A stretch of DNA of 36,070 nt from Catajapyx aquilonaris (Eukaryota): assembly GCA_000934665.2 (NCBI GenBank), contig KZ539024.1, positions 1-36,070 on the forward strand, given 5' to 3'. Shown piece after piece: positions 1-10,345 of this stretch. Made by a program: the position numbers and the translations under genes. The notes below the pieces were generated by a model. The model did not search any database. It worked only from the letters and a program-made list of their open reading frames with translations, and had not been told where the DNA came from. Each line of letters starts with the position of its first letter. Position 1 is the first letter of the stretch.

Positions 1-1159
1 CCGAATAGAATTGGCGGGCAGGTGGACATTCATTGAAAGGGGGTGGAGGTGGAGGGGGGGGGGCTTCTGATTTTTTGGGGCAGGTGTTGTGACCGTCGAG
101 CCGTGACCTCATTTGAGGTCGATGGGGTCGGTCGAGGGTAGGATGTGGTGAATCAATCTGTCTTTTTTTTGAGGGTGCAGGTGGTCACTAATGACCTAAA
201 GCTAATGGGCGCCGGATCTGTTTCTGGTGAGGTCATATAGTGACCTCCAAGGTTAGTGATTATATATTTATTGCAATGCATAGCTATAGGAATTTAATAA
301 TAAAAAATCATAGCACAAAGCTAGTCTATTGTTGACCCCGGCCTTTTTGTCCAGCCAGCCCGAATAAAAAATAATTATGAGGGATAAGTCTTTTCAACGG
401 TGGTCAAAATGCACCCCCCCTCCCCACCTGCTCCACCTCTCCCCTCCCCGTCCCACCTGCAGGCTGCCATCCTGCTGGAAACCTGGCCCATGTCTGCTGT
501 CGCCAGATAGTCTCTTTTTTTCCTTTTTCCTGAAGGGGTGGAGGGTTACATGGTGACATGGGGAGGGGGGTCGCTGGAGGGGGAGGGGGGTAGAGAAGAG
601 GTAGTATAGCCATTGTGCAGTCAGTTCAGCGCGATATTGCAGGTCTGGCCTGTTCTCCCCTGGCGGTCGATCACATTTTTTGTCCTTTTTTGTATGGTGG
701 TGGTGCCCTCAGGGTTTCACCAAGAGTGGTGTAGGTACAGTCAGATTATTTTTTTTGGGCGACACGGGATAGAATGGTCCTTTCCCAATTTGTTCGATTC
801 CCGGGTCACCTTGCAATACAGTGCCAAATACACAACTGCATAGGTCTAGAAAATGCGTATTGATGATGAGTTTTATGGACACGTGGCATATTTCAACTAT
901 GTCTTGGTCAATTGGTGAAAACAGAATGTTTTGGGCAGCCCAAACTGCTCGGTACTTGTCTTCAATATGCGCCACCGTACCGTTACGGCAGCAGCTCTCA
1001 GGTGCTTGAATGGGTCGGTTTTGTGAATTGTGACAGCCATTCGCAAATTAGAAACATGCTATGCTTGATATTTTGTGGCCGTGGTGTATTGATATTCTAG
1101 ATTGTGCAGGTGGTCCTAAATGTACGCACCAGTACGAATTTGTAATGTATGTCTGTAAT

Positions 1160-1298
1160 GTACGGAAAACGAGAGAACGATCTGACGTCATCGTTTCTTC
1201 CATTGTTGCTTTTTGTTGACACAGTTAGTCAGATTGTTCTGTGAGTGTATTTCCATGGAAACCTTGATGACGTCAGATCGTTCTATCATTTTCCGTAC
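1160..1298. mobile_element. small MITE with ~33-bp imperfect TIRs
   Basis: GTACGGAAAACGAGAGAACGATCTGACGTCATC ... GATGACGTCAGATCGTTCTATCATTTTCCGTAC. Confidence 0.65.
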
Positions 1299-1322
1299 TA
1301 TACATGTGTGTGAATATAATGA

Positions 1323-1554
1323 GTAGGTCATTATCAAAAGCAGTCTACCACCTCATGTTGTCAAAAATGTGTTAATACCTGTTTACAGGCATCAACCTAA
1401 CATTAAATACATATATCCTATATACTGTATGTAACATTTTCACCTCGAGTCCACCTCCCATTGGGCAAGGTTGGCCGTGAAAAAACTCACAAAATCTGAA
1501 TTTTCTATTTTCTACTGTACCGAAGAAGATAGCCTGGTTTTGATAATGACCTAC
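1323..1554. mobile_element. MITE with 17-bp TIRs
   Basis: GTAGGTCATTATCAAAA ... TTTTGATAATGACCTAC. Confidence 0.6.
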
Positions 1555-1571
1555 AATTATGTATAATTATA

Positions 1572-1778
1572 CAGGGTGTCTCAATTTTTTTTGTCCGAAC
1601 AGTTATCGGAAAAGCCTATGTATCTTCTAGCTATATGTAGCCAGAATATGCCACAACATTCCTGGCACATCCCTCAACTGATAAAGCCAGCATCACTGGT
1701 TGCAAGTCACTGCTAAAAAAATAAGCAGCTTAGTGCAATATTTCCGATAATTGTTCGGACAAAAAAGTTGAGACCCTG
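1572..1778. mobile_element. Tc1/mariner-type MITE
   Basis: TA|CAGGGTGTCTCAA..TGTCCGAACAGTTATCGGAAA ... TTTCCGATAATTGTTCGGACA..TTGAGACCCTG|TA. Confidence 0.8.
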
Positions 1779-3246
1779 TATAATTATGTGAATGAAAATC
1801 CATACATACGCATACAGAACAATATACTGAAGGCTAAAAAATAATAAAGAGGCGTATGTGCATAAAATTTTAACAAGTGGCTTTTAACGTATGTAGAATA
1901 CCTTGCGCACTTTACCGTCCTTTATGTTGACCAACACAATTTGGTAAGCATGTCTTGACCGCAACGGAAACAAACCGTTGTTCCGGAACGATTCTGTCTG
2001 TAAAAAAATTATACTTTTCATATTTCAGCACGAGGTGGAAGTTGACTTTTATTTACTTATTTATTTACCGCCTTATTTTTGGAAGTTGGAGGGGGTGCAA
2101 GTGGGTGACACGTATGTGACACGAACACCTGGCCCTGCTTATGAAAACGCGTTGCAGCACACGGTCGGAGGTGGAAAAAAACCATGTCTGTGTCTAGAAT
2201 GCAAAACTCAGGCGTTAGGCCTAGAAACTGGAATCCTAACAAAAATGTGCTCCTTTTTTTGTTAGCACGTAATTTTGCTTATTTTCTCCTGTGCGGTAAA
2301 CTAGAACTGCATCCTAATTTGTAAACAACCCCAGGTTCTAAATTTTTTGGTATATCTTTACGCAACCTTTTCAAAATTAATATAACCTGTGGACTAGGGA
2401 AACAACAGAAAGAAAGAAAAAAAAAGAATTATGAGGGGGTGCACACCACGGGTTGCATATACATAAAGCATTGTTGGCCCCGTGTTTGTTAATCAGCAAG
2501 TAATGGATGGTGACAGGTCCTTTTATTGCAATATCTGGGCCAACAAGTGAAAGTTGTCGTGCACGAATCCCATATTAAGCAAGGTCTTGATGAATAAAAG
2601 AAAAGCTGCTCGGTAGCGTCACTCACGAAGAAATATCATTTTGCTGTCTTGTAAGGGTTACAGTATGTAGGCGGAAATTTTTATAGAATGGACCAATATA
2701 TACGTACTATCATTCAGTTTTATTTCTTGAACTGGTTGTGCCATTTCGATAATTACTAGAGTGTGGCGTCCGTTCCTCTAGAGTCTAGATACTATTAAGG
2801 ATTATTAATGGGAAGCCAGGTACCCTGTAACTCATCTATTGAAACACACAGGATAGGAGTGCTAATCTCAAGGAACGTCACATTTAGGATATTATCTATA
2901 CCTACGTATTTCGAGAAGTTTGTCTGTTCGCTACAGAAATCCAGGGGAATGCACGTAAACCGCCTTAATAACTAGCATACCAGGGGTTACTTTTTACGAG
3001 AAATTTAATGCTGAATATATCAGTTTACGAAAATGAGTCTTAACTCGCACACCATGCACAACTCCTCTCATTGCTACCTTATATATGCTCCATTTGCATC
3101 GATACATCCATTTACATCGATTTCCTGCTACCCATCATATCAATGATGGTCATAGATTTCACGCATGAGCACAACTAAGCTAACCGAGGCGTGATGCCCA
3201 CCTCACATGAGTTCGTATGGTATACTCTCCCAAGGAAAGACTGCAC

Positions 3247-3465
3247 CACGGTCTAAGAATCCAGCTAAGGTCTGGTCACTCCCCTCTTATCGCTTCTCTT
3301 CTACCTAAGTTCAGCGTAGTCCGGTATAGTAGGGTCGCCCATGTCTGTGAAGCCCTGAAAGGCGCTCTCAAGCGGCCACCTCCAGCAAACCACCCCGTCA
3401 GGACCCCAGAGGCGATAAGAGGAGATAAGAGGGGACTGTCCAGACCTTAGTATTCTTAGACCGTG
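3247..3465. mobile_element. P/hAT-type MITE with 8-bp TSD
   Basis: CACGGTCTAAGAAT...ATTCTTAGACCGTG flanked by a perfect GACTGCAC direct repeat. Homologous to 20777-21047. Confidence 0.8.
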
Positions 3466-3573
3466 GACTGCACGGGATTTCGTGGAATTTTGAAGTAGAG
3501 TTGCCAGACTCAAATGTAATCCGACGTATGACATATTCACATTGAAAACAAAATTTCCCACCTGACATCTGTA

Positions 3574-3735
3574 CAGTACTGGCCAATAATCGAGGCAACG
3601 ACTAGCGACATTTTCCCGAAGCGGCAGAAGAAGGAATCATGCTCGCCCGGCTTGAAGCATGCTTATCTTCGATTCCTTCTTCTGCCGCTTCGGGAAAATG
3701 TCGCTAGTCGTTGCCTCGATTATTGGCCAGTACTG
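3574..3735. mobile_element. Tc1/mariner-type hairpin MITE, apparently young
   Basis: TA|CAGTACTGGCCAATAATCGAGG...CCTCGATTATTGGCCAGTACTG|TA. The ~65-bp arms have no mismatch I could see. Confidence 0.85.
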
Positions 3736-3829
3736 TACAGTTTTTAAGGGGAAACATAGGGGAAAAGGTGGTGGAGGGGGCAGAAATGTTGGAAACACTC
3801 ACGTTACCGTACAGTCTTATCTTGGGCCG

Positions 3830-4743
3830 CACAGTGGCCCCCGCTTTCGTGGACAAAAGTCTCAAACTCATTCGATCATTGTGAAACTCTGTAATCGGTA
3901 TATATTTACGTTGTTGGAGGTGCACATGCCATTTTTAGTGGTTTGACCCCAATACGGACATTTTCGACAATATACAAGTAGCCTACACATACCGGTACCA
4001 CATTTGATAGACACGCCCTCATAGGAACAGATCAAAATCTCGAGTTATGCCTCTGGAGAGTATTTTAGGCTTTAACATGGCTTGAAATGGCCTCTGTGGA
4101 TGTAAACTGACTTACCAGTGGTGTATCTATGGATCAGAAAGTGTTCTTATTTTAAAATCAGCGTATTCCATGCATTGTAGCTGTAAGCCGGGCTGGCGGT
4201 GGAACTACTGGAAGGGCAGGTCAACTATTTTCCAACCTAAATTTTGCATCCGCAGCTTGGCGCTCCTGATCGCTCCATGCCTCTGTAGAGGAGAGTCTAG
4301 CGCACAAGATAGACTACGTCCCGATATGGTGGATTACAGTGGATGTGTTGTAGCTCTATTTTTTCCTTCGAATAAATTTTTACGTACTATCACTTATAGG
4401 TCCCAGTAAGTGATTCACGTAAATCAGTCTATCACTAACCATCAAATCACAAAGTACACGGACCTAGGCACAGCATTGTATCTAAATAACTCGAGGACAA
4501 GCATGTTAGCAATTGCCAAAGACACCGAACAATTGCTGAGAAAAACTTGAAAAGTTCCGATTTGAATTTCCCTTTATTTTGGTGAGCGGTACCTGCTCAG
4601 TTTCCGGTTCTGAAATTTAACATGTATACCGGTGTCAGATGCTCTGGACTCTTCCATTTCTGATTAGAAAGATCTGAATATGATATAATTAATTTCGTAC
4701 TGTTGAATTTTGTCAATGAAAACGGGGTCGGGGCACCACTGTG
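3830..4743. mobile_element. non-autonomous Transib-like DNA transposon
   Basis: Termini CACAGTG...CACTGTG, perfect 5-bp TSD GGCCG (3825-3829, 4744-4748), imperfect TIRs of ~32/39 bp. No transposase ORF. Confidence 0.85.
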
Positions 4744-4789
4744 GGCCGACCGGTTCCATCTGCAGTCATCTTTCCCCTGCCCGTCACCG

Positions 4790-5474
4790 AAAAAGAATGC
4801 TCGGATTTAAAAACCCTATAACTCGAAAACTTGTAGAGATATCTTAATGATTTAAGTTTTGCAATGCTAAGAAATGTCTGAAGTTTTGGTCTCCCTTTAG
4901 TTTGTTTCGATATGAGCTTTATTTGTCGCTCGGCAGATTTAAAAGGCAGTAATCGGTGTGGTGCCCAATCCGCTCAATCATATCTGGAGTTACTGTTGCA
5001 ATCCTTTCCCGTAGGTGCTGGATATGACGGGTCTTTACACTATACACATTGTTCTTTATGATGCACATAGAAAGTCGCATCATCTATGAAACAAACCTGC
5101 CGTAGGAAAGTTTCATTTGTTCAGCCTCCCAGTGTGCGAAATCTGGAATGAGAAGTTTCCCAATGCCTAGTCCTCCTAGGAGCCCAGATCCTACCCCTAT
5201 GGACTTTGTTGTGGAGATATACTTTATGTATATTGTGAAAAGATCCGGCATCTCCAGCACATACGGGATATGATTGAAACGGTAACGCCAGCAGACACGT
5301 CTGAGCGGGTTAGGCACGACACCGATTGCCGTATTTGCATTTGCCGAGCGACAAATGGAGCTCATATCGAAACAAACTATGGTAAGACCAAAACTTTAGA
5401 CACTTCTTAGCACTTAAACTTAAATCATTAGATTTTCGAGTTATAGTATTTTAAAATCCGAGGATGATTTTTTG
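4790..5474. mobile_element. old foldback element with ~260-bp diverged inverted arms
   Basis: TCGGATTTAAAAACCCTATAACTCGAAAA...GTTTGTTTCGATATGAGCT..TTTGTCGCTCGGCA is mirrored at 5220-5461. TSD not readable. Confidence 0.7.
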
Positions 5475-5501
5475 ATCACCATGTATTTCATACCCTCTAC
5501 C

Positions 5502-5534
5502 ATGTAAAATGTAAAATGTAAAATGTAAAATGTA
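5502..5534. repeat. (ATGTAAA)n heptamer tandem repeat
   Basis: About 4.5 copies. Possibly a retroposon tail. Confidence 0.7.
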
Positions 5535-5672
5535 GGTAAGCCCTATAACTCTGCTTGCGTAGTTCCAAGCGCATGTATTTTTCCAATCCACCAGTATTGG
5601 GTATGCATTTATACCAGTCAACAAATAAAGGCGGCCAAAATTAAGAGGCCCCACTTGGCTATCACGCAGTTT

Positions 5673-5673
<1 letters not shown>

Positions 5674-5746
<73 letters not shown>
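5674..5746. repeat. (AAT)n microsatellite
   Basis: Read directly from the sequence. Confidence 0.95.
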
Positions 5747-6540
5747 GTTAAATATATTTGCGTCAGATGACATGTGTGAGGCATCTGAACAAAACGCCAC
5801 AAACCGTAAACACGGAGTTATAGGTAGAGTTTAGTAGTCCACCTCACGGCGGATGATATGCAAATGTAACCATCTAAACTCTACAGAGAGGCAAAAAAAA
5901 AACTTATTCCAGAAATTAAGTGGAGAATGTTGACTCCTTAAGCGCATCATTATTAATAGCTATTATTTGTAAAGGTTTCGATGTCTGGACTATGTGGCTG
6001 CCGTATGTCCTTCATATCTTTTACACATCTGTATTTTAATTTTTCAGGTAATTAATGGTGTAGTCATTTTTCAGGTGGAAATATTGATTTTGCTGAGATG
6101 ATTGAAAGTGTCAGTTTAATATCTAATGTAGATTCCCGCTTTGCTGAGACATATCTACAATTACCAGTATCGGGTAGATACCCAGGGTAGAGTTGTAATC
6201 TTAGCGTCGCAAACTTGCGGCGGTAAAAATATTAAGACTTCCGTCTTCACCTTATTTTAAAAATAACTGGAGTTATTACAGATTTGGCTGATTTTAGAAG
6301 CAATGCTGCAGGAGTTACCCTTCCTAGATGGTCTAGTAGCTTGGATGCTGGCTCGTGAAAATCGAGTTGGTAGATGTAACACTAACATACGGGCCTTTTA
6401 TTTATTTACGGTTTTTTAAAATGTCGTAAATAGGCTAGATGAAACAGGAAACGACATTGTCCTTGGCACACATTCGCTCCGTAATAACACGGCAGGTTCT
6501 ACAGTGGAGATTCCAAGTTCGTTCCCGTGAAACGCTGAAC

Positions 6541-6616
6541 TAATAATAATGATAATGATAATAATCATCATCATCACCACCACCACTACCACCACCACCA
6601 CCACCACCACCACCAC
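6541..6616. repeat. compound (AAT)/(CAT)/(CAC) microsatellite
   Basis: Read directly. Explains the spurious poly-V/I ORF 6416..6616. Confidence 0.9.
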
Positions 6617-8310
6617 AGTTCCATATGAGGGGTAGTCAGCGATGAAGGGAGACGCAAGCTAACCTAACATATGAACTAAATTAAAACTTGTGAAAATAAA
6701 ACTATAAACAACCCATGCCACCCCCCACCCCTGCACATCTCAGACGACAGACACTGAATATTAAATTTAAATATTACACTATGCAATGCGGTACTTCGTC
6801 AAATCAAGTCCCCCCCCCCCCTCGCCACCAGTATCAACTACCTTTGACCTCAACCTATTATTTATCACTACAAAGTCACTTCTGACCTTCTGACCTATTC
6901 TCCCAAGTATACTGATGAATCCGTTTGTGAGGAAACACAGTATTAGATACATAAAGGCCCCTCTCTACACATAAATCCAATAAACTCACACCGTTTCAAT
7001 TAACCCTAACATCCCCATAACGACCCAACACTCCTTCATACCTTTCCTCCTTCATACATTTCAAACCACCCTTATTATCATCATATTCACAATGACATGC
7101 ATACGAACCGCACTGCATTCCCAGTGTCTTACATGTCTTCCACATCGTTTCTTTTCCCCGTTTCTTCTCCACCCCAAAACCTGTCTTGGTTTGAACCCTT
7201 AAAAACTGAATCCCTCTGAGAACACTTTCGCCAACTGCTGAGCCATTTTCTGTAAGAAAGAAATTGTGACGTCAGTCCCTCGATGTTCTCTCTTCATAGG
7301 AAGGAGCAATACCTTCCTGAAATATTAATGACCTCAGTGTCAATCACCTGCCGGCTACATTAGCACGACCTCCCCCTCCCCCCCCCCTCCCCCGAACTTG
7401 CTGCACTTTCCGAGACGCTTTCAACGAGCATAACTCCCTTCCTTTTCTTCCACCCCCTGCCTTCCTCTTCTTCCCCNNNNNNNNNNNNNNNNNNCCATCT
7501 TTTACCCTCCATCCCCATCCACCCCCTTGCTTCCTTCCTTGATTGAATTGAATTGGCGCACTCAGAAGAGTGAGCAATTAGAGGAGGCGGAGAGGAAGAG
7601 CGAGCCTTCCGAGTCACAACTCAAAAAGAGACAAGATAAATGAAGCATTATTAAGGAAATCATCAGCTAGCTCAATCTTAAAAAGTACAAAGAAACTACT
7701 AGGCAGTATGTTTTTTTTTTGTTTTTTTTGAAAAAGAAAAGAAAAGTAACTGATCCTGGAATTAAAGCAAAAGGATGCCTTCCAGGATTGATTTTGTTGC
7801 GAGGCACAATAATTTTTAGTAAATTGTTCCTAATTACATTATTAGGGTGAAAAAGTGACAAGTAGATTTTAAATGTTACCTGAATAGCGAAAACCTGGGC
7901 CAATTTTGTGCATTTATAAATGGCCGCAAAAAGTGCTAGGAACCTGTCAGAATTTGTATTTTTGTGACAATGGTGGCTAATTTTTGAGTCATATATTGCT
8001 CACTTTAAACTTATATTTTTAGAAATCAGTGATTGTTGAACAACGTGACAATACCTCCAAGGTATTAAAATGTGCAGGCCTAGGGACATTTTAAATATTA
8101 TTAAAATTTTTGTTTGTAAACAATATGCGATTTAAACAATGGTCATCATCAGCTATTGTCGAAAAAAAAGTCAAAATATTCTGGCAGGTTCCTAGCACTC
8201 TAATTCAAATTTTCCACTTTCAAGCCCATCAGGTTTTGACTACTCCTAGACAACATATAGGCTATTTAAAAACTAAGTTTCGCCTTTTTCATCTAATATT
8301 TTAAAAAAAA

Positions 8311-8624
8311 CACACACACACACACACGCATGTTATAAAGTGCTATCCTTGTGAGGGTCTGGCAAAAATAAAAATTTAAAACTAACCTAACCTAACCTAA
8401 CCTAACCTAACCTAACCTACAAAATACACACGAAATTTTGGTGACCTATTTTTTCACAGTAAAAAGGAGGTCTTGGTTTGATTTTCCGCCATCCTTGTGA
8501 GGACTGTGTACGTTATGAGGGCCTGAAAAAAGTCCTCGTAAGGTTTTCGGTCCTCACAAGGATAGGAAACTTGCGAAAAATATCCTCACAAGGATAGCAA
8601 TGTCTGACCACACACACACACACA
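8311..8624. mobile_element. (CA)n-embedded non-autonomous element with subterminal IRs and internal (TAACC)7
   Basis: (CA)n at 8311-8327 and 8609-8624. TGCTATCCTTGTGAGG (8341-8356) / CCTCACAAGGATAGCA (8584-8599). Inner copies at 8491-8504 and 8550-8565. Confidence 0.75.
8383..8417 (-). repeat. interstitial arthropod-type telomeric repeat (TTAGG)7
   Basis: Seven perfect TAACC units. Confidence 0.9.
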
Positions 8625-9016
8625 TCTTGCAATAGAAGTTATCGTGATATAAGCCTACACCGTAAAATCAATCCTGGAACCTTCCTACTTCTGGTGGCCA
8701 GAATATACCTGTCCCAAACTATTTTTCACAGTCCTCTTTCATAGGTCATGTGAATGACCCTATGCTTTTTTATGCAGAAATCGTGCGGAACTTGTGGCAA
8801 TCCCGTATACTCGCTCTATACAGTATCTAATATAATGTGGCATATAAGTGGCCTATATAGTCTACTCGGAGACTGAAGGGTTTCATGGGGCAATATCGCA
8901 TGACCAGAATGGGGGAAGAAACATACAAAAGACAGCGGGAGGTAGAAGTAGGGGAAGGAGGGGGAGGGAGGTTAAAAAAAATCGGCCTGAAAGCAGCAAG
9001 GAAGTCTGGGCTGGAA

Positions 9017-9052
9017 GAGAGAGAGAGAGGGAGAGAGAGAGAGAGAGAGAGA
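9017..9052. repeat. (GA)n microsatellite
   Basis: Read directly from the sequence. Confidence 0.9.
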
Positions 9053-9554
9053 CTTGGGCAATTCCCATTGGACACGCAATCAATGCCCATTTTCAATTAC
9101 ACACAGTCGGACTTATTGATGAGGCTCAGTAAATTCTTTATCGGCAGGCATCAATAGTGGATGAAGCCAATCGGAACCTTTTCATCAAGTTGTCACGGTG
9201 TGACCGTGAATCCGACGACTTTTCCATCACAATAAAGACAACCGTAGGCCTACAGACTCCCCAGATTTTCCCCGTAAGTTTAGCCAAATTTTTCAGTGTG
9301 TTTTGCACTCTTGTCAGGTGTGTATGGGCAGAGATATAGTCGTTTTCGAAGGACGTGCGTCACTCCCAACTGCTGCAGACACGAGTCGGAAACTTCAGAG
9401 AAATGCCGGCAGGTAGCAGCACTACAAAGAGACCCTAGAAAAAGGCGGGATTATGAGTCGAGGTGTATGTGCAATGTGAGGTATACTGTACCTAGTGAGA
9501 CATCACGTACCTTGCATTATTATGCACATTTTATTTTTAAATTGTTATTGTTAA

Positions 9555-9990
9555 CTCTGGAACCGTGACGTAGGGTCTTTTACTAACTTTTAGGACCCCA
9601 AAGGAATTAAAATGCATTAAAATTACAATAATTGTAATTTTAATGCATTTTAATTCCTTTGGGGTCCTAAAAGTTAGTAAAAGACCCCTAATTCAAAATA
9701 AACATGCACTTCCTGTTATATACTTTTTCTTAAATGGCAAACAGTTCATTGTAATTATTACAATGAACTGTTTGCCATTTAAAAAAAGTATATAACAGGA
9801 AGTGCATGTTTATATTTTGTATTAGCGATCATTTTAGGCATTGTTCAAATAGTGATTGCATATAGTCAATACATTGAAAGGTATTATGTAAAAATCCGGT
9901 AAAAATTAATAAAAATTAAAATGTGGCATGGGGTCATAAAAGACCCCACGGCACAGTTAACGTAACTTTCAGGCAGGTCACGGTTCCAGG
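9555..9990. mobile_element. piggyBac-like MITE containing a double palindrome
   Basis: TTAA|CTCTGGAACCGTGAC ... GTCACGGTTCCAGGG|TTGA (TTAA-type target, one mismatch on each side). Confidence 0.7.
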
Positions 9991-10169
9991 GTTGAGATGT
10001 TTTACGGATGTGTTTCTAGCAAGCTTGCGTTGATTGGTTGGTTCTTAGCATTATGGCTCCAATGGGCCTTATCCTACCGCATCAGAATGGTAATCATGAC
10101 TAAGCAACAAGGGAAGTATGGAATGGTGGCAGATAAAAAATATTCATACCTTACAACACCAGAACAGAG

Positions 10170-10345
10170 AAGGAAAGCGAAGAAGGAAGCAGCTGTGGCC
10201 ATTCTCAGGGAATCCTTCCCAAAATTATGCTGGAACTGACTGCAGGAAATACATGGAAAGCCTCAAATCAGAATAGTTGACACTCGATTCAAACCCAGGA
10301 CTCTCCAAATGTCAGACTCAACACCTAACCTGTAGACTCTCTCAC
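10170..10345 (-). mobile_element. degenerate tRNA-derived SINE fragment
   Basis: Minus-strand B-box-like GGGTTTGAATC near 10287-10297. The body GGAAGCAGCTGTGGCC..GGAAATACATGGAAAGCCTCA resembles insect SINE bodies; this resemblance is recalled, not searched. Confidence 0.4.

Larger units (their letters stand above)
7780..8679. mobile_element. probable degraded DNA transposon with nested inverted repeats
   Basis: 16-bp IR TTCCAGGATTGATTTT (7780-7795) / AAAATCAATCCTGGAA (8664-8679). Inner IR AGTGCTAGGAACCTGTCAGAAT (7932) / ATTCTGGCAGGTTCCTAGCACT (to 8199). Confidence 0.45.

Noticed and set aside
7477..7494. ORFs crossing an 18-N gap in a pyrimidine-rich tract
   Set aside because: The assembly gap and low complexity make the frames unreliable.
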